Under the pieces are notes generated by a model. The model was not told the DNA's origin. It was given only the letters and a program-made list of their open reading frames with translations, and ran no database searches. This document shows, one piece after another, positions 46,539 to 56,742 of a DNA stretch of 64,000 bases. The stretch comes from Treponema sp. (GTDB taxonomy: Bacteria; Spirochaetota; Spirochaetia; Treponematales; Treponemataceae). Each line of letters opens with the position of its first letter. The stretch's first letter is position 1. The translations under genes and the position numbers were made by a program. The stretch lies in the NCBI GenBank assembly GCA_016286535.1, contig JAEESZ010000005.1:156585-220584 (forward strand), given 5' to 3'.

Positions 46539-47363
46539 ATGAAAGGCTTTTTAGATTATCTTGCAGGAAACACAATTTTACACAGAATGCATCCTCTCAG
46601 TAAAATCTTTACAGCAGTTTTACTTTGTGCTGCAGCCTTTGTTTCTTCAAGTTTTGTTTATCTTGCTGGAATTATTATTTTTAATATTTTGCTGGGACTT
46701 GTCGGCGACCGCGATAAAATTACAGATTCGGAAGGAAATGTAAAAAAAGTAAGAACAGGACTTTTAAAACGCACTCTGGGCATTTTTAAGGGACTTTTTA
46801 GAATGTCAATCTTCCTTTTTATTCTGCAGCTTTTAGTTATTCGTAAGGGAGAAATTGTAATTCCTCTTGGTTCCTCTTTTGGAATTACAGACCTTGCCAT
46901 AAGAAACGGTCTTCTTCTGGTTATGCGCCTTACAGCGGCAACCATGCCTTTGTCGGTTTTAATTTCGGTTATAAACTTAAATGACCTTTCCAACACTCTG
47001 GTAAAGCAGCTGCACCTTCCATACAAGTATGCCTTTACCTTTACTTCTGCAATCCGCTTTATTCCGGTTTTTTCTTCGGAACTTTCGGGAATTATGGAAA
47101 GCCAGAAGGCCCGCGGTGTAGATTTTGATGTAAAAAATCCTTTTAAGAAAATCGGTATGATTTTACCTTTGTGTTTTCCACTTTTGATGAGCGCTGTAAG
47201 AAAGATTGAATTCACTGCTACAGCTGCTGAACTTAGAGGTTTTTATTTTAGAACCCGTCAGAGCTGCAGCAAGGAATATAAATATCATTTTGCTGATTAC
47301 GTTTTTATGCTGATAGGACTTGCTGTATTAGCGGGCGCCATAATCTACAGCCTGGCAGTTTAA
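46539..47363 (+). CDS. ecfT: ECF transporter T component EcfT
   Basis: Polytopic membrane protein following two EcfA genes, with CbiQ-like organisation. Confidence 0.75.
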   Translation: MKGFLDYLAGNTILHRMHPLSKIFTAVLLCAAAFVSSSFVYLAGIIIFNILLGLVGDRDKITDSEGNVKKVRTGLLKRTLGIFKGLFRMSIFLFILQLLVIRKGEIVIPLGSSFGITDLAIRNGLLLVMRLTAATMPLSVLISVINLNDLSNTLVKQLHLPYKYAFTFTSAIRFIPVFSSELSGIMESQKARGVDFDVKNPFKKIGMILPLCFPLLMSAVRKIEFTATAAELRGFYFRTRQSCSKEYKYHFADYVFMLIGLAVLAGAIIYSLAV

Positions 47364-47897
47364 TTCAAAAAAGTCAGGTTTTACTAAAAGCTTAATAGCG
47401 GCTTTAAGTTCATCAATATTTATAAGGCCTGTTTTAGAGCTTGCTCCTAAAAGAACCATGTTTGCAACTTTTGGGCTGCCAATCTCTTTGCAGGCCTCTT
47501 CTGTATCTACAGTAATAACTGTGCTGCATACTTTTTTAAGATACTCAATCATAGTATCTTCAGAAAAAGTTTTACCTGTAAGACTTGCTGTAGTTGGCTG
47601 AAAAATCTTTTTATTTACAATAATCATTCCGTCTTTTTTAAGAAAGTCAGCATTGCGCACAGCTTCTGCTGCTTCAAAAGCAATAATTATGTCTGCCTGT
47701 CCCTTTGGAATTAAAGGTGAAAATACATCTTTGCCAATGCGTACATGGCTGGTAACCGATCCGCCTCTTTGAGCCATACCGATTGTTTCTGCAGAAAGAA
47801 CGTGTTCTCCCCCGGAAATTGCTGCCTGTGAAAGTACTTTAGATGCTAAAACTGTACCCTGTCCGCCAACGCCACAAATTAATATATTTTTTGCCAT
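47328..47897 (-). CDS. iorB: Indolepyruvate:ferredoxin oxidoreductase subunit beta
   Basis: N-terminal ILICGVGGQGTVLASKVL and about 190 aa long. It lies directly downstream of iorA. Confidence 0.85.
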   Translation of the reverse strand: MAKNILICGVGGQGTVLASKVLSQAAISGGEHVLSAETIGMAQRGGSVTSHVRIGKDVFSPLIPKGQADIIIAFEAAEAVRNADFLKKDGMIIVNKKIFQPTTASLTGKTFSEDTMIEYLKKVCSTVITVDTEEACKEIGSPKVANMVLLGASSKTGLINIDELKAAIKLLVKPDFFELNCQAVDYGAR

Positions 47898-47899
47898 AT

Positions 47900-49726
47900 T
47901 TACCTCTCAATTGCCTTTACAGGACACACTCCGCTGCACAAACCACAGCCGGTACAAAGGGATTTATCAATTTCAACCAGCTTTTTGCCTTTTGCATTTT
48001 CTTTTAAGCTCAGGCTTAAGGCCGGACAGCCTAACTCATTAATACATTTTCTGCAGCCAATACATTTTTCTGCATCAACCTTAAGGGCTCCCGGCATTTT
48101 GTAGCCGACTTTTGATGCAATACTGATACAAGGAGATTTGAAAATGATTGCACTTACGCCAGGGGCTTCTACTGCACTTTTTACGGCTGCTACAGCCTTT
48201 TCCTGGTCAAAAGGATCTACTTCAATAACAGGATTAACACCAATGGCTTCAAGAATCTTTGGTATGCTGATTTTTTCTACAATTTCGCCCATCATTGTAA
48301 GGCCGGTTCCAGGATGTGGCTGGTGGCCGGTCATGGCGGTGGTAGAGTTATCAAGAATACAGATGGTCTGATGAGCCTGATTATAAACTGCATTTACCAC
48401 GCCGGTAATTCCGCTTGCAAAGAAGGTTGAGTCTCCAATAAAGCTGAAGCAGTAGCGGTCAGGTTCGTTGTGATAAAAGCCCTGGGCCATTGTGATGTCG
48501 GCTCCCATACATAAACAGGTATCTGTCATATCAAGCGGCTGGGCATTTCCAAGAGTATAACAGCCGATATCGCCGCAGTAGGCAGTTTTTTTACCCTGCA
48601 TAGCCTTTTTTACTGCATAAAAAGAACCCCGGTGTGGGCAGCCTGCGCACAAAACTGGAGGGCGTACAGGAAGATCAGGCTGGGCTTCTTTTGCAGAGGC
48701 CTCTGCTTCCGGACAGAGAATCTTTTTTATGATTTCTACGCTAAGTTCTCCTGCAGCAGGAACTTTACCGTCTAGTTTACCGCTTATTTTACATGCAAGG
48801 CCTTTTTTACCTGCAAGTTTTATAAGATTTTCTTCCAGAACAGGGTCCAGCTCTTCAAAAACTAAAATTTCTTTATGAGTTTTAATAAAGCTTTCGGCAA
48901 GGTCCTCTGGGAAAGGGTAAGGAGTTCCAATTTTAAGAACAGAAGCATCTTTAATTCCTAAGTTAGAAAGAGCTTCCATTAAATAAGTGTAGGAAATTCC
49001 GCCTGTTACAAAGGCTGGGGAAGAGTTCTTTTCTCCTTCCTTTATGCAATTCCATCTGCTCTTAGAAAATTCTTCGGGAAGAATCTTTTCGTTGCGTTCA
49101 AAAATTCTAAGGTGATTGTTATAGGATGCGCGTGGAAAAATTACCCAGCGCTTACTGTCTTTTTCGAAAGTGCCCGGAGTACGGCAGGGACCTAAGTCAG
49201 GTAATTCCATACTTTCGTAGGCGTGATCAACTCTGGTAGTTGGGCGTAAAAGAACCGGAGTATTATATTTTTCTGAAAGTTCAAAGGCCTCCTGAACCAT
49301 TTCGAAGGCTTCCTGTGGAGTAGAAGGGTCTAAAACCGGAATTTTTGAATAGGCACCAAAGGTTCTTGTATCCTGTTCTGTCTGGCTGGAGATTGGGCCC
49401 GGATCATCGGCAGAAACAATTACCATTCCACCCTTAATTCCTACGTAAGAAAGGCACATTACAGGGTCGCTGGCAACATTTAAACCAACCTGCTTCATGG
49501 TAACTAAGGTGCGGCTTCCTGCATAACTTGCGCCGGCTGCAACTTCTACTGCTGCTTTTTCGTTTACTGACCATTCAACATAAGTTCCGGTCTGTTTTTT
49601 ATATTTAGAAATGAATTCGATTATTTCGCTGGAAGGGGTTCCCGGGTAACCTGCTGCAAGATTTACACCGGCTTTTAAGGCGCCAAGTGCAATTGCCTGG
49701 TTTCCCATAATCATCTGTTTTGCCAT
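47900..49726 (-). CDS. iorA: Indolepyruvate:ferredoxin oxidoreductase subunit alpha
   Basis: N-terminal MGNQAIALGALKAGVNLAAGYPGTPSSEI, a TPP-binding GDSTFF motif and a C-terminal double 4Fe-4S motif (CIGCRKCINELGCPA, CTGCGLCSGVCP). Confidence 0.9.
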   Translation of the reverse strand: MAKQMIMGNQAIALGALKAGVNLAAGYPGTPSSEIIEFISKYKKQTGTYVEWSVNEKAAVEVAAGASYAGSRTLVTMKQVGLNVASDPVMCLSYVGIKGGMVIVSADDPGPISSQTEQDTRTFGAYSKIPVLDPSTPQEAFEMVQEAFELSEKYNTPVLLRPTTRVDHAYESMELPDLGPCRTPGTFEKDSKRWVIFPRASYNNHLRIFERNEKILPEEFSKSRWNCIKEGEKNSSPAFVTGGISYTYLMEALSNLGIKDASVLKIGTPYPFPEDLAESFIKTHKEILVFEELDPVLEENLIKLAGKKGLACKISGKLDGKVPAAGELSVEIIKKILCPEAEASAKEAQPDLPVRPPVLCAGCPHRGSFYAVKKAMQGKKTAYCGDIGCYTLGNAQPLDMTDTCLCMGADITMAQGFYHNEPDRYCFSFIGDSTFFASGITGVVNAVYNQAHQTICILDNSTTAMTGHQPHPGTGLTMMGEIVEKISIPKILEAIGVNPVIEVDPFDQEKAVAAVKSAVEAPGVSAIIFKSPCISIASKVGYKMPGALKVDAEKCIGCRKCINELGCPALSLSLKENAKGKKLVEIDKSLCTGCGLCSGVCPVKAIER

Positions 49727-49840
49727 TTTTTAATGCTCCCATTTAGAATATTTAATTATTTTACCGTAATAAGTTGAAGAATTCATCAATAAAATGTTAA
49801 TATTCAAAGGAAAATTCTAAAAATGAGGAGAATTTTGTAA

Positions 49841-51040
49841 ATGAAAATTAATAATAATTTCTTAGACCTTGAGCAAAATTATCTTTTTTCTACAGTAGGA
49901 AAAAAGCAGAGAGAGTATCAGGCTGCTCATCCTGAAGCAGATGTAATTAAACTTTCTATTGGCGATGTTACCAGACCTCTCGCTCCAGTAGTAATTGAAG
50001 CAATGCATAAAGCTGTAGAAGAAATGGCCGATGAGAAAACCTTCAGAGGCTATCCTCCAGAGACAGGTTATGAATTTATAATTGAAAAAATCTTAAAACA
50101 CGATTTTACAGACCGCGGTATTAAGATGGATAAAAGCGAGATTTTCCTTTCTGACGGTGCAAAATCTGATTGTGGAAACATTGGTGATATTTTTGCAGTT
50201 GATAATAAAATCGCTATCTGCGACCCTGTTTATCCTGTTTACCTTGATACAAACATTATGAACGGCCGCAAAAATAATATAATCATTATGCCTTGTAAAG
50301 AAGAAAACGGCTTTATGCCTCAGCTTCCTGCAGCAGGTGACCAGGTTCCGGATATCATTTATCTGTGTTTCCCAAATAACCCAACCGGAACTGTTGCCAG
50401 CCGCGAAGAACTTAAAAAATGGGTTGATTATGCAAATGCTCATCACTCCCTTATTCTTTTTGATGCTGCATACGAAGCCTTTATTACAGATAATTCTGTA
50501 CCAAAATCAATTTACGAAATTGAAGGAGCAAGAAGCTGCGCTATAGAATTCCGTTCTTTCTCTAAGACTGCAGGTTTTACCGGCGTTCGCTGCGGTTATA
50601 CTGTAGTTCCACACGATTTAGTATTCGACGGAACAGAATTAAATGCTTTATGGTTCCGCCGCCAGAGTACAAAGTTCAACGGTGTTTCTTATGTTACTCA
50701 GAGAGCTGCAGAAGCAATTTATTCAGAAGAAGGTCAGAAACAGATTCAGCAGAATCTTGATTACTACCGTGCAAATGCAAAAATCATTTTTGATGGTCTT
50801 ACCCAGGCCGGCTTCAAATGCTATGGCGGAATCTACTCTCCATACATCTGGTTCAAGGTGCCGGAAGGCTATACTTCATGGTCATTCTTTGATGAACTTC
50901 TTGATAAGTGTAATGTTGTTGGTACACCAGGAAGCGGCTTTGGAAAATGCGGAGAAGGCTTCTTACGTCTTACTGCTTTTGGAAATAAAGAACGCACAAT
51001 TGAAGCTGTAGAAAGAATTAAAAAGGTTTACGGTAAATAA
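49841..51040 (+). CDS. dapL: LL-diaminopimelate aminotransferase
   Basis: N-terminal [13 protein letters not shown]..., [12 protein letters not shown], and the PLP-lysine context [15 protein letters not shown]. Confidence 0.85.
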   Translation: MKINNNFLDLEQNYLFSTVGKKQREYQAAHPEADVIKLSIGDVTRPLAPVVIEAMHKAVEEMADEKTFRGYPPETGYEFIIEKILKHDFTDRGIKMDKSEIFLSDGAKSDCGNIGDIFAVDNKIAICDPVYPVYLDTNIMNGRKNNIIIMPCKEENGFMPQLPAAGDQVPDIIYLCFPNNPTGTVASREELKKWVDYANAHHSLILFDAAYEAFITDNSVPKSIYEIEGARSCAIEFRSFSKTAGFTGVRCGYTVVPHDLVFDGTELNALWFRRQSTKFNGVSYVTQRAAEAIYSEEGQKQIQQNLDYYRANAKIIFDGLTQAGFKCYGGIYSPYIWFKVPEGYTSWSFFDELLDKCNVVGTPGSGFGKCGEGFLRLTAFGNKERTIEAVERIKKVYGK

Positions 51041-51141
51041 GAGGGGGATTTTTATGGAAGAAGTTTTATACTTCAAGAATGCAGAAGCTACTATTTCAAG
51101 TTTTGCTTCTGCTCCACGTGTAATCCGCTTTTAGTTCCTGT

Positions 51142-53958
51142 CTACCACCACTTTCTGTTATCGTTAAGATACTTTAAGTGGATATTCTTTATTTTTAATC
51201 CATCTGCCCCTACATAAAGGCGGCAGATGGAGAAACGTTCAGGAAGGGTAAGCTGTTGAGTAATCGAAACATCCTGCCCTTTACTTCCATTAAATACCAT
51301 ACTTACCATAGGAATTCCCTGATAGAAGATTGTTACAGGCAGCTGTGCTACCTGGCCGGCATCTGAACTTGCGGTAAGACTTACTTCGTAAGTTCCAGGG
51401 CATTCAACATCGAAAGGTAAAGAGAAGTTTGTTTTAGCCTTGCTTTCTTTGTAAGTTAAGTCGTAGGTTAGCTCTTTTCCAAGAGGAATAAATTTAACTT
51501 CATCAATTGTAATTTCTGACTCATCTGCTTTTTTATTGATGATTTCCACCTTCTGCTGGCTATTCAAAAGTCTTTGCATTGCCTGAGACTTCATTACAAA
51601 ATTACAGATGTTGATGGCGTTACGCTGCAGTTCTCCTCGGGAAATTTTTCCGTTCTCAAGTGATTCAAGGGTGTTGTCTCCCATGGTGTTTTTGCTTCCG
51701 TCCGGGCAAACCATGTAAAGGTCGTTCTGGGCTCCAATCATCTGGGCAAAGTTTTTATTGTCTGCCTTGCCGCCAGGAGTGTTGATGTCTGCCCACCAGT
51801 CGGTCATTACAATTCCTTTAAAGCCCCATTCCTTGCGCAGTACAGTTGTACACAGATCATAGTTTCCTGCTGTGTAAAGGCCGTTTACCATTCCGTATGT
51901 GGTCATAACAGAGTCTGCACCATTTTTTACGGCAATTTCGAAGCCCTTGAGGTAGATTTCCCTTAAGGCTCTTTCTGAAACAATGGAGTTGTGGGCTCTG
52001 CGGTTTGTTTCCTGGTTATTTGCACAAAAGTGTTTGATTGTTCCTGTTACGCCGGCTGTCTGTAAGCCCTGAACCATGGCGCTTCCTATCTGACCGGTAA
52101 GATAAGGATCTTCAGAAAAATATTCAAAGTTACGGCCGTTTAAAGGATGACGGTGTATGTTCATTCCGGGGCCTAAAAGGTTTTCTACCTTGTTGCTCAC
52201 TAATTCAAGACCGGTAAAGCTGTAAAGTTCCTTTACAAGTTCCTTATTAAAGGTTGAGGCAATTGAAGTTCCGTTTGGTAAAGAGAAGGCTTTAATTCCG
52301 CAGTCCAGGCGCATGCCGGAAGGTCCGTCATCGCAGCAGCAGACTGGTATTCCAAATTCTTCCCTCAAGCGGGGAGAAACTCCTCCAAAGGCAGAGGCGG
52401 TTCCGGCAGTAACCAGGGAACTTCCCATTCCTTCTCCACGGATAAGGCAGCTTAAATCTTCATCGCTAAGAAGAGATACAAAATCTTCCATGCTGATTTT
52501 TTTATTATATACATCTTCAAGTCTGTATTTTCCTGTAAGCTTATTTGTAAGGTCTGCAGGGCGGTTTTGAAGTCTTACTTTAAGGCTGTCATTTGTTGAA
52601 CTTGGGCTGTCTTCCATAATGAGATTAATGTTTTCATTTGTTTCGGAAACAGCATTTACTGCGGCAATAGCATTTTTACTGCCCGCAGCTTCTGCATGAA
52701 AACGCTTAAAACTTTCTACAGGAGCCATAACTTCTTCGCACTGTGTAAGAATCAGATTTTCTTCTATATTAAAAGTAAAAATCTCTTTTGCACTTCTTAC
52801 GTCTGAGCCTGCAAAAAGCTGATATTTTCCTGCTTCAAGAAGCCAGCAGGATTTGTTCTTTGTAATACCGGAATCATCATAAGAAGCAAAATTATAATAT
52901 GGAATTACGAAGTCTATGCTTTCTGACTGACCAGCCTTTAATAAAGCAGTTTTTTCAAAATCTACAAGAACTTTATCTGCCTTTCCAAGTTTTCCCTGTG
53001 GAGCCTTTATATAGATTTGTGCAACTTCTTTTCCTGCTGTCTTTCCACAGTTGCTTACTTTTAATTTTACAGAAAGTTCTTTTGCTTCAAAATTATTTTT
53101 TACTTGCAGGCTTTCTATATTAAAGTTTGTATAACTCAAACCAAAGCCAAAGGGAAAGAGAACCTTGTCTTTTGCAAAAGTTTCAAAATAGCGGTAGCCC
53201 ACAAAAATATCTTCGCTGTAAATGTTTGCTGCAGGATTTCCAAAATTCTTTGAAGAAGGATAATCATCAAGGCTTTTTGCAATTGTATCGGTAAGTTTAC
53301 CACATGGATTTACTTCGCCAGTAAGCGCCTGTGCTGTTCCAAGTCCTCCAAGCATTCCTCCCTGCCATACATACATAATGGAATCTGGTTTACAGCTTTC
53401 TGCAAAGCCCATATCAATGATGTTTCCAACATTCAGAAGAACTGCCATTTTTTTAAAGGCTTTTCTTACTACCTGCATCATCATTAATTCTTCATCACTA
53501 AGATAGTAAGAACCTTTTTCTGCCTTGTTATCTTTTTCTTCGCCTGCAGTACGTCCAATAATTACAATTGCAATATCAGACTTTGCGGCTGCGGCTTGTG
53601 CAACTTCGCTGCTAAGAGGCATTTCTTTCTGGGACCATTTTGTACCTTCCCAGCCGATTCCGGCATCATAGGGATTTTCTTTTTCCCAGTCTTCGTAAAT
53701 TTTCTTGAGTTCCTGATTAATCTGAACTCCTTTTAACTCAAGACCTTCTACTATATTATAAACTTTATCGACGTTTACCATTCCGCCGGAACCGGTTCCG
53801 CTTTTATAGTAGTTTGTTTGAATTCTTCCAAAAACAGAAACTTTATCTGTTTTATTCAATGGAAGAACATTGTTATTATTTGTTAATAAAACACAACCTT
53901 CTGCAATTGTCTGAATTGCACACTCTTCGTATTTTTTCCAGTCTAAAATCTTATTCAT
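51142..53958 (-). CDS. GH3 beta-glucosidase with permuted domain order
   Basis: GH3 C-terminal-domain motifs (IVIIGRTAGEEKD, GEVNPCGKL, FGFGLSYT) lie in the N-terminal half. Catalytic TIM-domain motifs (DDGPSGMR, KHFCANNQETNR, VMTDWW) lie in the C-terminal half. Confidence 0.85.
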   Translation of the reverse strand: MNKILDWKKYEECAIQTIAEGCVLLTNNNNVLPLNKTDKVSVFGRIQTNYYKSGTGSGGMVNVDKVYNIVEGLELKGVQINQELKKIYEDWEKENPYDAGIGWEGTKWSQKEMPLSSEVAQAAAAKSDIAIVIIGRTAGEEKDNKAEKGSYYLSDEELMMMQVVRKAFKKMAVLLNVGNIIDMGFAESCKPDSIMYVWQGGMLGGLGTAQALTGEVNPCGKLTDTIAKSLDDYPSSKNFGNPAANIYSEDIFVGYRYFETFAKDKVLFPFGFGLSYTNFNIESLQVKNNFEAKELSVKLKVSNCGKTAGKEVAQIYIKAPQGKLGKADKVLVDFEKTALLKAGQSESIDFVIPYYNFASYDDSGITKNKSCWLLEAGKYQLFAGSDVRSAKEIFTFNIEENLILTQCEEVMAPVESFKRFHAEAAGSKNAIAAVNAVSETNENINLIMEDSPSSTNDSLKVRLQNRPADLTNKLTGKYRLEDVYNKKISMEDFVSLLSDEDLSCLIRGEGMGSSLVTAGTASAFGGVSPRLREEFGIPVCCCDDGPSGMRLDCGIKAFSLPNGTSIASTFNKELVKELYSFTGLELVSNKVENLLGPGMNIHRHPLNGRNFEYFSEDPYLTGQIGSAMVQGLQTAGVTGTIKHFCANNQETNRRAHNSIVSERALREIYLKGFEIAVKNGADSVMTTYGMVNGLYTAGNYDLCTTVLRKEWGFKGIVMTDWWADINTPGGKADNKNFAQMIGAQNDLYMVCPDGSKNTMGDNTLESLENGKISRGELQRNAINICNFVMKSQAMQRLLNSQQKVEIINKKADESEITIDEVKFIPLGKELTYDLTYKESKAKTNFSLPFDVECPGTYEVSLTASSDAGQVAQLPVTIFYQGIPMVSMVFNGSKGQDVSITQQLTLPERFSICRLYVGADGLKIKNIHLKYLNDNRKWW

Positions 53959-54133
53959 AGGCGTTATAGTAGAGAAAATTTTTCTTTATGGGAAGAGGCG
54001 AAAAAGCCCATGAGAAATTTTAAAACAAAATTTAATGATAATAAAGCGAATAATTTTATATTTACTATATGATTTCGGATTTATTATTTTAATGGAAAAT
54101 AAAGTCTGAAAAAGACAAGATAGAGGAGTAATT

Positions 54134-55552
54134 ATGAAAAAAATGTTCAAGAGGACAATTTCTACTGCAGTATTTGCAGCATTGGTTCTTTCTAGTGTAA
54201 CAGCTTTGCCTTTCGGAAAGAAAGCAAAAAAAACATCAAAAATTGAATACACTCAGTTTGATGATGTAGAAAAGAAAACAGACAAGTCAGGAAAAGTTTA
54301 TGATCTTGGCGGAATGAGTATTGCAATTGTTGACTGGTGGTCAGGAAAAAATGCAGAAGATATTCCTGCAAACTCTCCTGCAGAAGAAGAAACTCGTGCT
54401 TTCCACAAATGGCTTCAGCAGACTTACAACTTCACAATGATTCAGAAACAGCTTGGTGTAAGCTGGGATAAACATCCTGAAGATGTTGCTAACTTCTGTA
54501 TGTCTAAATCAAAAGAAAATTACGTTATCGTAATTGACCCACGTTCTGCAATTACCGGTGTAAAAGCAGGTCTTTATTATGATTTATCTAAATTAGATAA
54601 CATTGACTGGTCAGATCCAAAATGGGCTTCTGGAACAGAAAAAGTTCTTACAAAAGGAAAATCATTCTATGCAATGCGTCCTTTAGCTCCAGAGCCACGC
54701 GGTGGTGTATTCTTCAATAAACGTCTTTTACAGGAAGCAGGTATTGATCCAGATCTTCCTTACGATTTACAGAAACAGGGAAAATGGACATGGAAAACCT
54801 TTGAAGACCTCGTAAAAAAATGTACTTTCGATGCTGATAACGACGGTGTAATCGATCACTACGGTATGGCTAACTCTTCAACAGAATTTGTTCCATTAGC
54901 AGTTATGTCTAACGGTGTTCACATGATTGGCCGCGACAAAAACGGAAAATTAGTAAACAATGTTGGAACAGATCAGTCACTTGAAGCTTTATCATGGTGT
55001 GCTCACATGGCTACTTCTTACGAAATGCCACAGCCAGAAGGATCTAACTGGGACTGGATGTATGCTGCATTCCTTAACGGACAGGTTGCTTTCTTAGTTG
55101 ACCAGCAGTATCACACAAACAGAAACGGAGACTTCTTCAACATGGTTGATGACTACGGATTTGTTTGCTTCCCATTAGGACCAAAAGGTGACGGAAAATA
55201 TAAGACACTTCATAACGATAACATGTATGTTCTTCCTGCTTTCTATGATGATGCTCGCGCTGCAAAAATTGCAAAAGCCTTTGACTTGTGGACAGACTCA
55301 ACACCAGGTTATGATGGACCAGATGCATGGAAAGACGGTTTCTATCCTTGCTTCCGCGATGCCCGTGCTGTAGATGAAACTCTTGAATTAATGCGTGCTG
55401 AACCAAATCCACGTTTTGATACAATGATATCTGGCATAAATTACATGGGTGATGTAATATGGGTAGTATACCCTGGTTATGTAACACCACAGCAGGCTTA
55501 TGAAGATACTAAAAATAACTGGGCAGCTTTAATTAAAGAGGCAACATACTAA
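54134..55552 (+). CDS. Extracellular solute-binding protein (family 1, sugar-type)
   Basis: Signal peptide, 472 aa, SBP-like pattern. No permease or ATPase genes lie adjacent to it. Confidence 0.6.
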   Translation: MKKMFKRTISTAVFAALVLSSVTALPFGKKAKKTSKIEYTQFDDVEKKTDKSGKVYDLGGMSIAIVDWWSGKNAEDIPANSPAEEETRAFHKWLQQTYNFTMIQKQLGVSWDKHPEDVANFCMSKSKENYVIVIDPRSAITGVKAGLYYDLSKLDNIDWSDPKWASGTEKVLTKGKSFYAMRPLAPEPRGGVFFNKRLLQEAGIDPDLPYDLQKQGKWTWKTFEDLVKKCTFDADNDGVIDHYGMANSSTEFVPLAVMSNGVHMIGRDKNGKLVNNVGTDQSLEALSWCAHMATSYEMPQPEGSNWDWMYAAFLNGQVAFLVDQQYHTNRNGDFFNMVDDYGFVCFPLGPKGDGKYKTLHNDNMYVLPAFYDDARAAKIAKAFDLWTDSTPGYDGPDAWKDGFYPCFRDARAVDETLELMRAEPNPRFDTMISGINYMGDVIWVVYPGYVTPQQAYEDTKNNWAALIKEATY

Positions 55553-55553
55553 T

Positions 55554-56708
55554 ATGAAGAAAATTATCTGTTTATGTTTGATTATGGCAACTTTTACAGT
55601 TGGGGTTTTTTCGAAAGAAATGAAAGACATTAGTGCTACAGAAGTAACTAAGCTTATGGGAACCGGATGGAACCTTGGTAACACACTTGATGCTATTGCC
55701 GGTAGGGGTCTTGGTTCAGAAACCAGTTGGGGTCAGCCAAAGACAACTAAACAGATGATTGATAATCTTTCAGCTTCAGGAATGAAAACAATCCGCATTC
55801 CTGTAAGCTGGTCAAATCATATTATTGACAAAGCAGGAACCATAGATCCAGCCTGGATGGCCCGAGTTAAAGAAATTGTTGACTGGGCTATTGCAGACGA
55901 TATGTATGTAATCCTGAATTGTCATCACGACAATGCCGAAACTCCAAACGGTTTAACTGCTAACAAAGGTTATTATCCAAGCAGTAAAGGCCTTAAGGAG
56001 TCTGTAAAATTTGTAAAAAGAACCTGGACACAAATAGCTAAGACTTTCAACAACGATTACGATGAACATTTAATTTTTGAAACCTTAAATGAACCACGTT
56101 TAAGAAATACCGGAGTTGAATGGACCTATTCTTCTAACGATTCAGATTGCAAGGATTCTATGAATGTACTTAATAAATTGAATCAGACTGCTGTTGATGC
56201 AATTCGTGCCAGCGGTGGAAATAATGCAAAAAGATTCATTATGTGTCCTTCTTATGCTGCTGCTCCAGAAGCTGCTCTTAATTCCGACTTCAAAATGCCT
56301 GCAGACAAGGCAAAAGAAAAATTAATTCTTTCAGTTCATATGTACACACCTTATTCTTTTGCAGGTCAGGCACCAGGAGCCAGAACTTATACTCCTGCAA
56401 TTCAAAACTCTTTTGCAGCTATGTTCAAAAAACTGAATACTAACTTTGTTCAGAATGGAATTGGTGTAGTTATTGGTGAATATGGAGCTGTAAATAAGAA
56501 TAATCTTGAAGACCGTGTAAAATGGTTTACAAATTATATTAAGTATTCACAGCAGAACAATCTTCCTGCAGTTTTGTGGGATAACGGAGCCTGGCGTGTT
56601 CCAAACGGAACAACAGAATACAGCGAAAAATTCGGCTACTATAATAGACTTAAGGGTGACTGGTACTTCCCTGAAATTCTTGAAGCTATTATGAGTGAAG
56701 TAAAATAG
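55554..56708 (+). CDS. GH5 endoglucanase (cellulase family A)
   Basis: Signal peptide, then GWNLGNTLD, FETLNEPR (acid/base Glu) and IGEYGA (nucleophile Glu). Confidence 0.85.
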   Translation: MKKIICLCLIMATFTVGVFSKEMKDISATEVTKLMGTGWNLGNTLDAIAGRGLGSETSWGQPKTTKQMIDNLSASGMKTIRIPVSWSNHIIDKAGTIDPAWMARVKEIVDWAIADDMYVILNCHHDNAETPNGLTANKGYYPSSKGLKESVKFVKRTWTQIAKTFNNDYDEHLIFETLNEPRLRNTGVEWTYSSNDSDCKDSMNVLNKLNQTAVDAIRASGGNNAKRFIMCPSYAAAPEAALNSDFKMPADKAKEKLILSVHMYTPYSFAGQAPGARTYTPAIQNSFAAMFKKLNTNFVQNGIGVVIGEYGAVNKNNLEDRVKWFTNYIKYSQQNNLPAVLWDNGAWRVPNGTTEYSEKFGYYNRLKGDWYFPEILEAIMSEVK

Positions 56709-56742
56709 TTATAAAGTCCGGCTTTAAGTGGCTTAGTCCCAT

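Noticed and set aside
49727-49840. A third copy of the GTTACT-N6-AGTAAC operator upstream of iorA.
   Set aside because: Only TTACCGTAA (arms with 1-nt spacing) is present, not the 18-bp site. That is insufficient to claim co-regulation.
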